This document shows positions 1-10,823 of a stretch of DNA of 45,587 nt, piece after piece; the first letter of the stretch is position 1, and every line of letters starts with the position of its first letter. The translations under genes and the position numbers were made by a program. Source of the stretch: a virus. The DNA lies in the IMG/VR virus record IMGVR_UViG_3300000944_000005, positions 110,039-155,625 of that record; one strand, written 5' to 3'. The notes under the pieces are model-generated. The model saw nothing but the letters and a program-made list of their open reading frames with translations. It was not told the DNA's origin and ran no database searches.

Positions 1-315
1 ACAGTTGCATTTCACGTGCAAGCAAGTTCCAACAACTTCGATATCTTGCAACTTCGCGGGGAGGTCGGCACGCTCCAACTTACCAAACAGCGTACAGTTC
101 CGGCACGTCTCGAACCGCTCTTGAATCACTTCTAGTGATGTGATTTTACGACCAGTAACCACGTGTTTCGTTGCCGCCTTCGCAAAGTTAACGGCCTTCG
201 AAACGGTCCCGATCTTCGTTGGTTTCGGTCCGTCCTTAGGGATCTTGCGTTGCTTTTTGGTTACCTTGTCGATGCAAAGCGTATAACTGCCACGATCAAA
301 ACATTTTTCAGCCAT
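1..315 (-). CDS. Small basic Cys-motif protein, truncated at the window edge (not in the ORF track)
   Basis: ATG at 315 overlaps the upstream TAA (TAATG). The frame is open to base 1: MAEKCFDRG...ERFETCRNC...GTCLHVKCNC. The R-x3-CxxC...C...CxC pattern resembles small Zn-binding phage proteins (DUF6171-like, from memory). Confidence 0.7.
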   Translation of the reverse strand, partial: MAEKCFDRGSYTLCIDKVTKKQRKIPKDGPKPTKIGTVSKAVNFAKAATKHVVTGRKITSLEVIQERFETCRNCTLFGKLERADLPAKLQDIEVVGTCLHVKCNC

Positions 316-1937
316 TAAGGTGTCTCCGGTGGGCACTCTGTAGTTGTCTCAATTATGTCTTCGGTGATTTCGCCGCAAACCATATCAACCACGACGCGCA
401 TCCGCTTCTGCTGGATCACACCAGCTCCGTTAATCACGTTCACGACCATCATAACGCATTGCTTCTGACACGCGGCACAATCCTCGAAAGAATTCGTGAT
501 TACCAGCGACTCTAACGTTGAAGACTGTCGAGTTGGGTCACGGGACACCAAGTAACAAACACCATCAATTTTGACGTACTTCCCAATATGCTCGCTCAAG
601 TCTTCGTCGGTATATTCTGTGCTACCGCTACCAGCAATTGTCGTCTCGACTGGGTTTGCCTCGCAGTCCATTCCGGGGTTAGCTTCTTCGCAACTCAGGC
701 AGGTTGGCTCAAGTTTGAAAACTGGGTCGTCACAATCAGCACAAGATGTGAATGATTCTTCGACCATCACCTCGACCGCGGTAGCATTAAACACCGCCGT
801 ACTGTCGACGATCTCATAACAGATTTCGTCTTCAGCTCGTTTGATTATCGTGCCGACAGTATACATTGACAGGTCGGAGTACGTTGTGATTTGGTCACCG
901 GTCGTACAGTCCTCAAGTGTATAAACCAAACAAGTCGCACAGTCGTCGTACATTTCAAGCACGATAACATTAACGGCGGCATCGCAATTCCCCGTGTGAA
1001 CGCTAACAGTGTAGCAAATACCGTCGGTAAGTCGTACGACTTTACCGACAGCATCATTGAAATTAAATCCTACGTCTATATTACCGTGGGCAACGATCGC
1101 ATCAGCCGTTTCGTCAGGGCATGGCGTCAAATCAAAACAACCACCGCACGTCTCACAATCATCATAAATCTGTGACGGGCTTAATGGGGGAATTCTAAAC
1201 GGCGTCGTGCAAAGCCCTTCACCAGTGACCTCGTAACACACACCAGCAATATCGATGACGTTACCGACGATCAGCATGTGATTGTCTTTGAATATTGACG
1301 TCACCACACCGGTAACGCAGTGCGTTAGTTGCCAGCAATCCGCACATTGCGAGCAATCTGTTAGTACGCGAAGAACCTGTAGAAATTCGGCACCCATACA
1401 ATCAGCGGCCAAAGCAACCGTGTAGCAAAGATCGTCAGCAAGTGCCACGACAGCGCCCGCTTGTAGTCCGATCCCAAAGGGAAGCACTATTCTGCGTACG
1501 ACCGTAGCATCAGTGCATAGTGTCAAATCAAAGCACGTTGGTTCTGCTGGTGTTCCTGGTGGTCCTGGTGGTCCGTCTAAGCCTTGTAGGCCTCGTAGGC
1601 CTTGTATACCTTGCGGACCTGTTGGACCTTCTATTCCTTGTAGGCCTGTTGGACCTGGTGGTCCTTCTATACCTGGTAGACCTGGTGGACCTGGTGGTCC
1701 TTCTATGCCTGGTAGGCCTGGTGGACCTGGTGGTCCTGGTGGTCCTTCTATACCTTCTAGGTCTAGAAGACCTTGTAGGCTTTGCGGCGGTGGGTCGAAT
1801 GGGATCTCAACATCAGGGCAATCGAATATAGGCGCAGGTGCAGGTAGTACCGTACAGTCGTCGATAAAATTAAAATCAACGACATCTACGAATGGGATGT
1901 CACAATCAGGATTTGGAAATAGTGTGTTGCTATCCAT
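315..1937 (-). CDS. Collagen-like and Cys-repeat fibre/adhesin-like virion protein
   Basis: 23 Gly-X-Y triplets followed by five ~65-85 aa repeats with LxxC...CY.V...CxxC; lies at the distal end of the tail cluster. Confidence 0.75.
   Translation of the reverse strand: MDSNTLFPNPDCDIPFVDVVDFNFIDDCTVLPAPAPIFDCPDVEIPFDPPPQSLQGLLDLEGIEGPPGPPGPPGLPGIEGPPGPPGLPGIEGPPGPTGLQGIEGPTGPQGIQGLRGLQGLDGPPGPPGTPAEPTCFDLTLCTDATVVRRIVLPFGIGLQAGAVVALADDLCYTVALAADCMGAEFLQVLRVLTDCSQCADCWQLTHCVTGVVTSIFKDNHMLIVGNVIDIAGVCYEVTGEGLCTTPFRIPPLSPSQIYDDCETCGGCFDLTPCPDETADAIVAHGNIDVGFNFNDAVGKVVRLTDGICYTVSVHTGNCDAAVNVIVLEMYDDCATCLVYTLEDCTTGDQITTYSDLSMYTVGTIIKRAEDEICYEIVDSTAVFNATAVEVMVEESFTSCADCDDPVFKLEPTCLSCEEANPGMDCEANPVETTIAGSGSTEYTDEDLSEHIGKYVKIDGVCYLVSRDPTRQSSTLESLVITNSFEDCAACQKQCVMMVVNVINGAGVIQQKRMRVVVDMVCGEITEDIIETTTECPPETP
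1548..1754 (-). repeat. Collagen G-X-Y coding repeat (27-bp higher-order unit [12 protein letters not shown])
   Basis: Recurring ggacctggtggtccttctat units on the + strand. Confidence 0.95.
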
Positions 1938-1940
1938 AGC

Positions 1941-2960
1941 TTACGGTAATGGAATTACTCCATTACTAGGTAACGACGACGAACTTAAACTACTTTCGAT
2001 TTCTTCATTTGCACATAACGCGAAGTCGCTTAACGCTCTCGCAATAATTAACCTATGCGGTGCGTCAGGGTCTGGTTGTGCCCGGTAACCGGAACCTGTT
2101 CGTATAGTGATGTCAGCACCACCAATACCATTGATCGATTGAATGATTTCTTTGCACCCAGGTCCTTTTGTAAGGAACGGACTGTCTGGTTCTATCATCT
2201 CATCCTCGGTTAACGGAACCTCATCGCATGGTTGACCATCTCCAAGATCCTCACCAGCATTGATCGTTATTGTGTTCCTACCGTTATCTTGAGCGATCCT
2301 ACAGTTGTACCCTTCGGCAAACCAAATGGGTCCTTTAATACAAGTATCACGTACCAAAATTTCTGGTGGTTCAAATAATGAAGCGGACGATGACATTGAC
2401 GACAGTTCATCACACTCTTCATCAACAGTAGCGAGAAGTCTAGGGGTGTTCGCTAGGTTAACTGTACGTAAGTAAGTATCTGCGAGATTTTGAATCTTCG
2501 CTGGTTCAATTAGCCAAGCACTTTTGAGGAAAAGTATATCCCCGTCGCTTGGAAGTAGTTGGACCAACTCGGCGAGGTTCCCTGTGACTAGAAAACCACT
2601 CCATCGTGAGTTCAGTTGGCAATTTATTAACGTAGATTCAGGAGGTACTAACTCAGTGGTGTCAGCCCACTCTATTTCAAACTCGTTCGCGGTGACCGCA
2701 CGCTGAAATACCAATTCGTGATCTTCACTATCCGGGGCGTTAGTCTTAAAGTGGAAAAAGAACACATCATTAAGTCGGACAATACGATCTAAGTAAACAT
2801 GATGCCCGACAGCCACGTTAAATCCACTATCGATTTCCATAATAATACCGCAGTCTACCAACAATGAATGCGGTAGGTCGGTATCAGTGATTGGTTTGGT
2901 GCGGGTCAAAAACGGATAATCGCGAAACTGATTATCGTTGTACCATGCGATGTTCGACAT
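1941..2960 (-). CDS. Putative baseplate/tail-fibre-associated protein, paralog 5 of 5
   Basis: Start moved to ATG 2960 ([17 protein letters not shown]), 10 nt after the upstream stop; carries the IQSINGI motif shared with neighbours. Confidence 0.65.
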   Translation of the reverse strand: MSNIAWYNDNQFRDYPFLTRTKPITDTDLPHSLLVDCGIIMEIDSGFNVAVGHHVYLDRIVRLNDVFFFHFKTNAPDSEDHELVFQRAVTANEFEIEWADTTELVPPESTLINCQLNSRWSGFLVTGNLAELVQLLPSDGDILFLKSAWLIEPAKIQNLADTYLRTVNLANTPRLLATVDEECDELSSMSSSASLFEPPEILVRDTCIKGPIWFAEGYNCRIAQDNGRNTITINAGEDLGDGQPCDEVPLTEDEMIEPDSPFLTKGPGCKEIIQSINGIGGADITIRTGSGYRAQPDPDAPHRLIIARALSDFALCANEEIESSLSSSSLPSNGVIPLP

Positions 2961-2970
2961 TAGGCAGTTC

Positions 2971-3741
2971 CTAGTTGTTAACCACACCAGCTCCAGCGGC
3001 TTCGACAGTGAGTCCTTCAACTGTTGGGTAAACACGTAATACTGTTTGACTAGTTAAATGGTCACCTACGGTTAAATTGAAATTACCGTACTTATCTGGA
3101 GGGCAACCGTTGATCGTACGTACAAATCTCGGGGGTACGAATAGTTCGATCGGTTCACACAATTGTCGACGAAACAACGGGTTACCGACAACATCAATAC
3201 GGATACAACCGGGTGTTTCTTCTCGAACAACTACCCCGTTATCTCCGACGATCAAAAAGTCTCGTACAAACAAGTCACCGTCTTCTGTCATTACACCACG
3301 TACACCAACCTCAGGGGTTGGTATCACACAACTTGGTACAAACTGTGCGGCCGTGTTATCGAATAAGTATTCACCAACACCCCATGCTGTGAATCTCGCA
3401 AGTTTTACAGTACTAGATACGAGTACACCCGCTGGTCGATTGAATTGATCAACACAACGTAATAAATCTGGTGCGAACAACGGATCAAACTCTACGAAGC
3501 ATCGCTCTACCCTCGCGGCATCTAAGATGGTAATTCTTACTCGTCGTGTCTCAATTATGATTTGTCCAATGTAGAGGAAACTAACTGTTGACCCTACTGG
3601 GAATAACGACGCATCTTCGAATAGGTCACGGTCAATTGACTGCGCACCATTTGTAGATCGCAGTGTGGCGTCATCCATGAACGGGTATTTCGTATCCACA
3701 TACTGATTACGAAATTCTGGGAACAATGTGAGATTAGGCAT
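2971..3741 (-). CDS. Putative baseplate/tail-fibre-associated protein, paralog 4 of 5
   Basis: ATG 3741 overlaps the upstream stop; FRNQYVDTKYPF and VRTINGCPPDKYGNF motifs. Confidence 0.65.
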   Translation of the reverse strand: MPNLTLFPEFRNQYVDTKYPFMDDATLRSTNGAQSIDRDLFEDASLFPVGSTVSFLYIGQIIIETRRVRITILDAARVERCFVEFDPLFAPDLLRCVDQFNRPAGVLVSSTVKLARFTAWGVGEYLFDNTAAQFVPSCVIPTPEVGVRGVMTEDGDLFVRDFLIVGDNGVVVREETPGCIRIDVVGNPLFRRQLCEPIELFVPPRFVRTINGCPPDKYGNFNLTVGDHLTSQTVLRVYPTVEGLTVEAAGAGVVNN

Positions 3742-5467
3742 CAGCAAGTCTCCAGAAACTAAAGTTTGATCGAGCGCGGTTCGTATGGATGCCGAAGTAA
3801 CCAGTACTCTCACCCCAAACACTGGTTAAGAAATTAAACGAGACACTAGGCCATGTCGGTGTAGATACGTTACTAACGTTGACTTGAATGTTCACCTCAG
3901 TACCAACCTGTGAAGCGACTGCTTCAAGTTCGTACCAATCTGTAAGTGAGAAAGGTAACGGAGGTGTGACGAAGTTCTCTAAAATCAATATCGTACCGTT
4001 GAACCGTAGTAACTCCACACGGTTGGTTAATCTATTAATTTGAAGCGCCCAGTAAGTTGTATTTTCTGGATTTTCTTGAAAGTTGTAGTTTAATAAGATA
4101 CCTGCATTTTGGTTCACTGCATTATTAGTTAACTGTACGTACGACAGTACTCGCCGATCGAGTGAACCATTACCTTCACACAAGTCACTCTGCCAGATCA
4201 TGACGTTTCGTCGGGAAGGGTCATTAAGTCGAAGTATTGTGGCTGATTCCGGATCATCACACATGGCTAACGATGAAGACGAACTTACTTCAATTACTTC
4301 GTGACTCATTGAAGATAATGAAGGTAATGACGGTAATGACGGTAGATTAAAGTCGACAATCGTGTAACAGGGAACGGTAGGGATACACAACTCGGACGGA
4401 CTGATACCCGACACAAACACGTGACTACCTAAAATCATCTGCCAGGCCGGGTCTAACAAACTGGTAAAACAATCAGAAAACGGTAAATCTAAACAAAGAC
4501 TAGAACTAGAGTCAGTAGTATCCGACGAACTAATGTCATCATCGTTGTCGTCTTCACTCATAACCTCGACTGAACCAGGGAAATCATCGAAAGCGATTGA
4601 TGATGAATCCAAACAGAGATCGGTACCTGTGAAACGTGTTGGTTCATTCGGTGTACACACTTGATCTAGTCTTATATTCGTATCAAGGGTCAGACCTGAC
4701 GCGGCTTCCCCGCACCCTGTGTATGGACCTTCAAGAATATCAGGGAAGACGATTTCGATGTTACCGTCACAATCTGGTGTGACTCCGTTGATAGCCTGAA
4801 CACCTATACGATCACATGTTTGGGACTCTGGTCGTTTTCCGCACGGCCCTATGTACTTAGCTAAATTATTGACACCGGGCGTGGTGGATCTCGCGACACG
4901 GATAACCATGGCGTCGTAATCGATTGTATCCACAGTGAAGGTTTCTTTCACTATTTCGATGTCAGTACCTGCGAGTATAGTGACGATTCCTGTGAGTGGA
5001 TCCGTCCGACCTTTTTTACCTAGCGTTGGGATGGGTAATGCTTGGTACGGTCTCGCCACTTTAGGTGCGAGCAAACTTTGTTGTGGTGTACTAAACCTTG
5101 CTGTGAATGGTTCAGTAGTATCCCCGAAGACGACATAACCTCCGACTCCTGGGTACAACGGTTCCACGTTGTAGTACCTTAACGTAGCTGCTGGTTGTGG
5201 TACAGTAACAGCACACAACGGTGTAAAACTTGCGACGCTAAAATCACTATCACACGCGAGAAAGACAGCGGTAACGATATTGTCCGTAACAGTTAAACCA
5301 GCAAGAAAAATATATTGACCAGCTGCCTGCGGGAAGCGGATGTGTGCATCTAAGATAATGTCATCCTTGATACGTACACCGGTGTCGTCCGTACCTGTAG
5401 CGTTGTCGTCTAGCGGGTATCGCCGCGTCGTCTGTGCAGTTAACCAATTGTGTTGTGTTACGCTCAC
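3734..5467 (-). CDS. Putative tail protein, paralog 3 of 5, with C-terminal lectin-like beta-sandwich
   Basis: GTGA coupling; NWLTAQTTRRYPL and INGVTPDCDGNI; Ser/Asp linker; C-terminal NAGILLNY...WYELEA...GYFGI resembles ConA/DUF1080-type folds. Confidence 0.65.
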   Translation of the reverse strand: MSVTQHNWLTAQTTRRYPLDDNATGTDDTGVRIKDDIILDAHIRFPQAAGQYIFLAGLTVTDNIVTAVFLACDSDFSVASFTPLCAVTVPQPAATLRYYNVEPLYPGVGGYVVFGDTTEPFTARFSTPQQSLLAPKVARPYQALPIPTLGKKGRTDPLTGIVTILAGTDIEIVKETFTVDTIDYDAMVIRVARSTTPGVNNLAKYIGPCGKRPESQTCDRIGVQAINGVTPDCDGNIEIVFPDILEGPYTGCGEAASGLTLDTNIRLDQVCTPNEPTRFTGTDLCLDSSSIAFDDFPGSVEVMSEDDNDDDISSSDTTDSSSSLCLDLPFSDCFTSLLDPAWQMILGSHVFVSGISPSELCIPTVPCYTIVDFNLPSLPSLPSLSSMSHEVIEVSSSSSLAMCDDPESATILRLNDPSRRNVMIWQSDLCEGNGSLDRRVLSYVQLTNNAVNQNAGILLNYNFQENPENTTYWALQINRLTNRVELLRFNGTILILENFVTPPLPFSLTDWYELEAVASQVGTEVNIQVNVSNVSTPTWPSVSFNFLTSVWGESTGYFGIHTNRARSNFSFWRLADA

Positions 5468-7203
5468 TCGTTTTCACGCTCCAAACAAGCCAATGGATCC
5501 ACAGCTAGATCCTCAGGACCTACGGGGCAATTTAACGTCTGCGTGTCAGTTACCTTTATAGGTTCATCACTAGCCTCATCACCCTGTAATTTTACGGCTT
5601 CCCCACCTACGGTAGCAGTTAAACACGCAGTGACGACGTAAGGTAATTCTTCGTCTAAACCACAGTTTGCAAAGTTTAATCTAAAACGTACGATTGCAGA
5701 TTGATTCGGCCAGATTGCGTCAAAGTAAGCAGTGAACTCTGGATACGTACCTGCAATGTTGTAACGTTCAGTGGCACCTGTTGCTCGCCCTGGTACACGG
5801 GAAGCACCTTTAATGAATGAGAACCCCGGAACAATTTCAGCTGACGTCTCGGATGGAGTTGTCTCGAAGTTTACTTTCAACTCGACGTCTCGCTGACACT
5901 CATTGGTTTGGTTACAGTACTGTATCGCTACATCTAGGAAAGGGCAAATCTGTGGGAGGATACGTACACGTAATGGACGGTTACTTACACAGAGTGCTGC
6001 TGCCAACCATCGCTCACGGTTCTCGTGGTAAATGTTACGCAGATTCTGTACCTTGTTTCCTAACTTTTGATAGTTGTCCCGCGTAGAGTTCAAATAATTA
6101 GCGACATCTACGTAATCTTGACAGTCACAACACGCAGTGCAATCGTTACCTACCATGAGGTGCGCAAACCTCTCGTCCACGGGCCAACCAACCGCGGCCG
6201 TAGTTAAACCAGCACCTGGATCGGGCAGATTATCATCTGGTTCGTTGCCCGGAGATAAGTCAGTATTTGGAAGAGTTTTTCGTGGGTTCTCACTCAATAA
6301 GGTTGTTGGTTGGCGAACCCACAAACAACCGGACGCTGCCATATAGAAGTCACCGTGATCAGTTGGTCGCACACCATTAATCGTCCGGATGACAAGTAAA
6401 TCAGGTTCGCAACCTGGGAATATTCCAAGACCTAATCCTGGTGTTGCGTCCATTACGACGCGAGTACTTCGACGACCACCGTCTTCCGCAAGAGTAGGTT
6501 CCCGATTGAATCGCATGTTGTAACCCGAGACGAATTCTAAACCTATTTGTTCGAACTGATCTAGTACTACAGTAACTTTACGTATGCGTTTCGGTAAACG
6601 CTCTACAGCACGCTCATCTAATTGCGCAGCTTCAGGTAGAAAATATGACGGGTACTCCCGCGGTGTTGGGCAGTCCTCAATGTGATCCCATTTAGTATGG
6701 TAGGTTAAACTTACAACAACATCACTCGGATGCTGCCAGGTTACTATACGTAACCGCTCACCCCAAAGACGACTGCCGTGAGTAATGTCATCATCTGTGG
6801 AGTCGAATACGATCTGACCTAAACTATCGACGATAACAATGTCATGAGGATTTACAGGTACCGGGGTGTAGTCCTCGATATTGAAAGGTGTCGCAGACAT
6901 AGAGCTTAATGACTGACTGGACATACCGTCATCAGGTATCGATTCACCGATTGAAACTGTTGGTGGTCCACAACCAAACCCACTCAAATGATGAATACGA
7001 AATGGCGGTAAGAATGGTGTTGCTGTAGGGTCGTAATCACTTGGTTGATCGAACGACATGTAAAAATCGGCAAGCAGGTAGCGCACATCCTCGGAAGGAT
7101 AGACCAGCGGGTAGTTAGTCCCGGATTGCGGTTGTACGATCCCGATACCTTGACGGCCGTGTGTGGCGAACTCAAAAGCACAGGAGCTACTTGACGATTC
7201 CAT
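5464..7203 (-). CDS. Putative tail protein, paralog 2 of 5
   Basis: RBS AGGA; NYPL, IRTINGVRPTDHGDF and CTACCDC followed by a coiled-coil-like helix. Confidence 0.65.
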   Translation of the reverse strand: MESSSSSCAFEFATHGRQGIGIVQPQSGTNYPLVYPSEDVRYLLADFYMSFDQPSDYDPTATPFLPPFRIHHLSGFGCGPPTVSIGESIPDDGMSSQSLSSMSATPFNIEDYTPVPVNPHDIVIVDSLGQIVFDSTDDDITHGSRLWGERLRIVTWQHPSDVVVSLTYHTKWDHIEDCPTPREYPSYFLPEAAQLDERAVERLPKRIRKVTVVLDQFEQIGLEFVSGYNMRFNREPTLAEDGGRRSTRVVMDATPGLGLGIFPGCEPDLLVIRTINGVRPTDHGDFYMAASGCLWVRQPTTLLSENPRKTLPNTDLSPGNEPDDNLPDPGAGLTTAAVGWPVDERFAHLMVGNDCTACCDCQDYVDVANYLNSTRDNYQKLGNKVQNLRNIYHENRERWLAAALCVSNRPLRVRILPQICPFLDVAIQYCNQTNECQRDVELKVNFETTPSETSAEIVPGFSFIKGASRVPGRATGATERYNIAGTYPEFTAYFDAIWPNQSAIVRFRLNFANCGLDEELPYVVTACLTATVGGEAVKLQGDEASDEPIKVTDTQTLNCPVGPEDLAVDPLACLERENE

Positions 7204-7210
7204 TTAATTC

Positions 7211-8161
7211 CTAACAGTTAGTGCAACCATCATCACTGATACGGGAACCCAGAACTACGTTACGCATTTGTATTACCTCAGCACTAAGTGTGCTAGTAAA
7301 TCTTTCTAAGGTAGTGACTCCGTCAGAGAACCGATCAATCTGTCGGATAATAGCTTCGAGTTCCTCACACCCACAACATGGTTCTGAACACAAGTCATTG
7401 ATTTGAATACCATTTGTTACCGGTTGGATAGCGATACAATTGTTACCGATGACTTTAAAGTTACCGTCAGGTAACGGCGGGATACCGTTAATGAAACGAA
7501 TAGGATCACCGGGTTCGCTATCCTCGTCACAAGCACACTCTTCACTCAAACCCTCACCCGCAATCGCGTTGAATACAATTTGAGGTGACCCACCAGAAAT
7601 CCGGTTAGCTACGATTCTCATATTATCACCGGCGACTAACTCAATATCGCCGTAGATTGGTTCACTACGGTCGGAGCCGTTGATAACTACTAGTGAACTG
7701 ATCGCACGTAACATTGGGCGTATAGCGTCCGTCTCGATCGTGGTGGCTTCCGGATCAAACGTGTAGAGTCCAGTAGGTAGTTGTTGAATAGCGTCAAGCG
7801 GACCGATCACCATCTTACCTACACTATCCGCGAAGTCACCGGACCCAGCGAGTGCGTACGGTGTATTTTCTGTATGACCATTAGCGTCGATGTTGATGCT
7901 CGCGACAACTGGTAGCGTACCGCCATCATCATAACCCATAGTGACGCTGATACCGTTAGGGTAGATCGTGATAGTCTTGATAAAGAATTTTTCAGGTTGT
8001 ACCGCTAACCCTGAGTGGATAGGGAAATCTAAGGCTACGATAAAACTGTCAGGGATCTGGATTGTCCCTGTCTGATCTTTTGCACTACCCCAATCAACAA
8101 GTGGATATGATCTCTGACTGTTGTGATTGAGCCATTGTAGATTAAAATTACCTAACGGCAT
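7211..8161 (-). CDS. Putative tail protein, paralog 1 of 5
   Basis: RBS AGGAG; WLNHNSQRSYPL, IRFINGIPPLPDGNF and CSEPCCGC followed by a helical tail. Confidence 0.65.
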   Translation of the reverse strand: MPLGNFNLQWLNHNSQRSYPLVDWGSAKDQTGTIQIPDSFIVALDFPIHSGLAVQPEKFFIKTITIYPNGISVTMGYDDGGTLPVVASINIDANGHTENTPYALAGSGDFADSVGKMVIGPLDAIQQLPTGLYTFDPEATTIETDAIRPMLRAISSLVVINGSDRSEPIYGDIELVAGDNMRIVANRISGGSPQIVFNAIAGEGLSEECACDEDSEPGDPIRFINGIPPLPDGNFKVIGNNCIAIQPVTNGIQINDLCSEPCCGCEELEAIIRQIDRFSDGVTTLERFTSTLSAEVIQMRNVVLGSRISDDGCTNC

Positions 8162-8202
8162 CGAGCTCTCCTAGCTGTAAGTGTGTAATCGCAGTCCCTG
8201 GA

Positions 8203-10167
8203 TTACGGTACGATGATACCACCAATACGAATAAGTCCGATATCGTTTTGGTACAGCGGCGCCGCGTCAGCCAATCGAATCAGTTCTACAAATATCGTAT
8301 CACCTGGTGCAACTACAAATAAGTCACTCTCTACTTCGATAACGTTGTCTGCTGGTAAAACCGTCCCAGCTCCGTCGCTATCGGTTGACGGCCCTACAAT
8401 ATCGAAACCGATCGTAGTGTCACCTTCAATAATCGGAAACGGGGTTTCAGCTGCTGGTCGTTGAATACGGTAATAACTCATTGTGATGTCCGAGAATGGT
8501 CCTGCTGACCGCCCAAACAGTTGAGCTCGGATTTTCATACGAGGGTTGGTAGATAAACCACCTGGTGGGACATTGTAACGCATACGGATCCCGGAGTCGC
8601 GACCATTCGGGAACGATAAGTAAGTTACCCCACGATACTCACGTTCCAGCGCGTCACCCAATTTAACAACCTGCGGGTTCAACTCTCGCTCGACTGGGTC
8701 GAGTTGCACGTTAACAGTAACCAGTCCTTGATGCACGCGAGGATTCGACGCACTCAATGGTTCATCTGGGTTAAGTAGTACTTGGTTGGAACCGTTGAGT
8801 AATACTGCGTCGGAGCCTGCGATTAATCCCTCAGTAACCCAACCAGTGTTGAATCCAAGAGAACTATCAACGATCCCTTTCAACACAACACCGCCGCGAG
8901 TGTTCTGTTGACGAATCAACGCCTCAATAGCAAGTCGTACGTGCAGGTCACCAGTACGGGTAGGGTTACCGTCACAATTCAGAAACTCAATTGGGGCACC
9001 GTTGAACGGTTGGATAGAAGTAACGACTGTTTTATTGGTAGCGAATGTCATCTTAGTGAATGACAAAACTAACTTTGTCCTGGCTACAATATTACAATCA
9101 GGTTCCACAGTAGCGCTACTCCCAAGCGACATACTAGGTAATGTGATGTCGGTAGTTGGTCTGTGCCCATCCCCGGTCCAATCCCAGTATTCCGTTGGGT
9201 CAGCTGAGTTGAAGTCAGTCGGCCACGGTACTTTACCAAAACAACAAGTACACCACCAGATACCGTTCTTGTCTAATTTAACGTACTCAGATGGTACACG
9301 TTCAAGTCCATGAAACCCGTCAGTCAGCTGTTGTTCTTCTTGCAGCAGTTCTAGTATCGAAGACTCAACAGGTATCGGTGGCCATGCACGGGACAACTCA
9401 GGGTGAGCTGATAGGTTGTAACCAAACACAGCACCGGTTGGGGCCTTACCCTGAAAAGATTCATGATCTGCTGGTAACCATCCAGGTTGATCTACATCAG
9501 GGTTAGTGATCTCGTGACATGTGTCGATCGCCGGAGGTGTGTGATCACCTGCAGGAAACGGTGCAAGGTTAAATTGTAGATGGACATGGTCTTCTAAGAA
9601 GTCTTTCATGCACGGGTTGATGTAAACCTGTATGCCCTCTTCGCAGACATCAGTAGGGCCGTGTACGTAAACTACTGCCACTGTAACCGCAGGTCGCTGC
9701 CTTACAAGTTTTCCGGCTTCTACACCAGATAAATAGTAACGACCGGGTACAATCTCCCCGACGATCATGTTCTCTAAAGTAGCCTGCGTTAACCGTACCA
9801 CACCTAGTAAGGCGACAGTTCCCGTAGTTGGTCCGGGTTTAGCGACCACGATACCAACGACGTTAGCTTCTTCAGCAGTTACAAATTGACCACTTGCAGG
9901 ATCATTATGAGCACTAGCTAACGCTTTACTGTAACGCGATTCAGTTGTATCCCAGTAGACTGCATTACCTACAACCGTATCTACATCCAACGGTTGATCC
10001 CTGATCGCGATTAAGTTACCTGCTTCAATCGATCTGATGACTTCGCGAAGGTAGTTTGTACGACTCTCCAGTTGCCTAGTCGATTGACTGGTGTTGGCCG
10101 CGGTAACCCGTGAACCTGGTTGTACGTGATCTACCCTACTCGCGAATCTTCTACCATTTTGATTCAT
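8203..10167 (-). CDS. Tail fibre-like protein
   Basis: N-terminal RQLESRTNYL resembles the QLANRTxxL motif of myophage fibre N-termini; follows the baseplate wedge genes. Confidence 0.55.
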   Translation of the reverse strand: MNQNGRRFASRVDHVQPGSRVTAANTSQSTRQLESRTNYLREVIRSIEAGNLIAIRDQPLDVDTVVGNAVYWDTTESRYSKALASAHNDPASGQFVTAEEANVVGIVVAKPGPTTGTVALLGVVRLTQATLENMIVGEIVPGRYYLSGVEAGKLVRQRPAVTVAVVYVHGPTDVCEEGIQVYINPCMKDFLEDHVHLQFNLAPFPAGDHTPPAIDTCHEITNPDVDQPGWLPADHESFQGKAPTGAVFGYNLSAHPELSRAWPPIPVESSILELLQEEQQLTDGFHGLERVPSEYVKLDKNGIWWCTCCFGKVPWPTDFNSADPTEYWDWTGDGHRPTTDITLPSMSLGSSATVEPDCNIVARTKLVLSFTKMTFATNKTVVTSIQPFNGAPIEFLNCDGNPTRTGDLHVRLAIEALIRQQNTRGGVVLKGIVDSSLGFNTGWVTEGLIAGSDAVLLNGSNQVLLNPDEPLSASNPRVHQGLVTVNVQLDPVERELNPQVVKLGDALEREYRGVTYLSFPNGRDSGIRMRYNVPPGGLSTNPRMKIRAQLFGRSAGPFSDITMSYYRIQRPAAETPFPIIEGDTTIGFDIVGPSTDSDGAGTVLPADNVIEVESDLFVVAPGDTIFVELIRLADAAPLYQNDIGLIRIGGIIVP

Positions 10168-10179
10168 GGTGGTATTCCC

Positions 10180-10809
10180 TTACTTGAATAAGATGTCCCA
10201 GGTAATCCCTACCTGGCTAGAGGGTAACTTCAACTCCTGGTTAACGATGTCAAAATACGAACGCGAGAAAACAATGTCACGGGATGGGTCTGCTAGTTCA
10301 GGAGTACTTACAAGAGCAACACCGATGATCTTTGAATTGACCGCCGTACTAAATGGTTTTCCGTGGAAACCCACAGTACCTTGTGACTGTGTGAAGAAAG
10401 TCAATTTGTTACCGTCAACACCTTCGGTAAAGTTCGCTTCATCACCAGGAGCGATACCTATTTGTGGATCCACCAACAACGGTACACGTAAAAAATCACG
10501 GGCTGCTGAAAATGCTAGTTCTTCGTAATATTCACGACCTTCTTCGCGACCAAAAACTGGTGGAGTTACTGGGTCTTCTGGGTTAGCTACGTTCTCGTAT
10601 TCGATGTACATCGAGTTAACTCGATACTCTCGACGACCAGATAGTAAAAACGCAACGATTGAACCCCAACCAAGTTGAATCTGATTGTGTTGTGTAAATA
10701 ATGGATCAACTTTACGCGCGTTGTACCGATCCTGTTTATCGAAATTCACCCGACAAACACGAATGATACCTTCGAGACCTGCACCTGGTACTTCATCTTT
10801 ACGTTGCAT
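10180..10809 (-). CDS. Baseplate/fibre attachment structural protein
   Basis: AGGAGG RBS before ATG 10809; HNQIQLGWGSIVAFLLSG...ITWDILF pattern; lies between wedge and fibre genes. Confidence 0.5.
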   Translation of the reverse strand: MQRKDEVPGAGLEGIIRVCRVNFDKQDRYNARKVDPLFTQHNQIQLGWGSIVAFLLSGRREYRVNSMYIEYENVANPEDPVTPPVFGREEGREYYEELAFSAARDFLRVPLLVDPQIGIAPGDEANFTEGVDGNKLTFFTQSQGTVGFHGKPFSTAVNSKIIGVALVSTPELADPSRDIVFSRSYFDIVNQELKLPSSQVGITWDILFK

Positions 10810-10823
10810 AATCGCCTCCTGCG

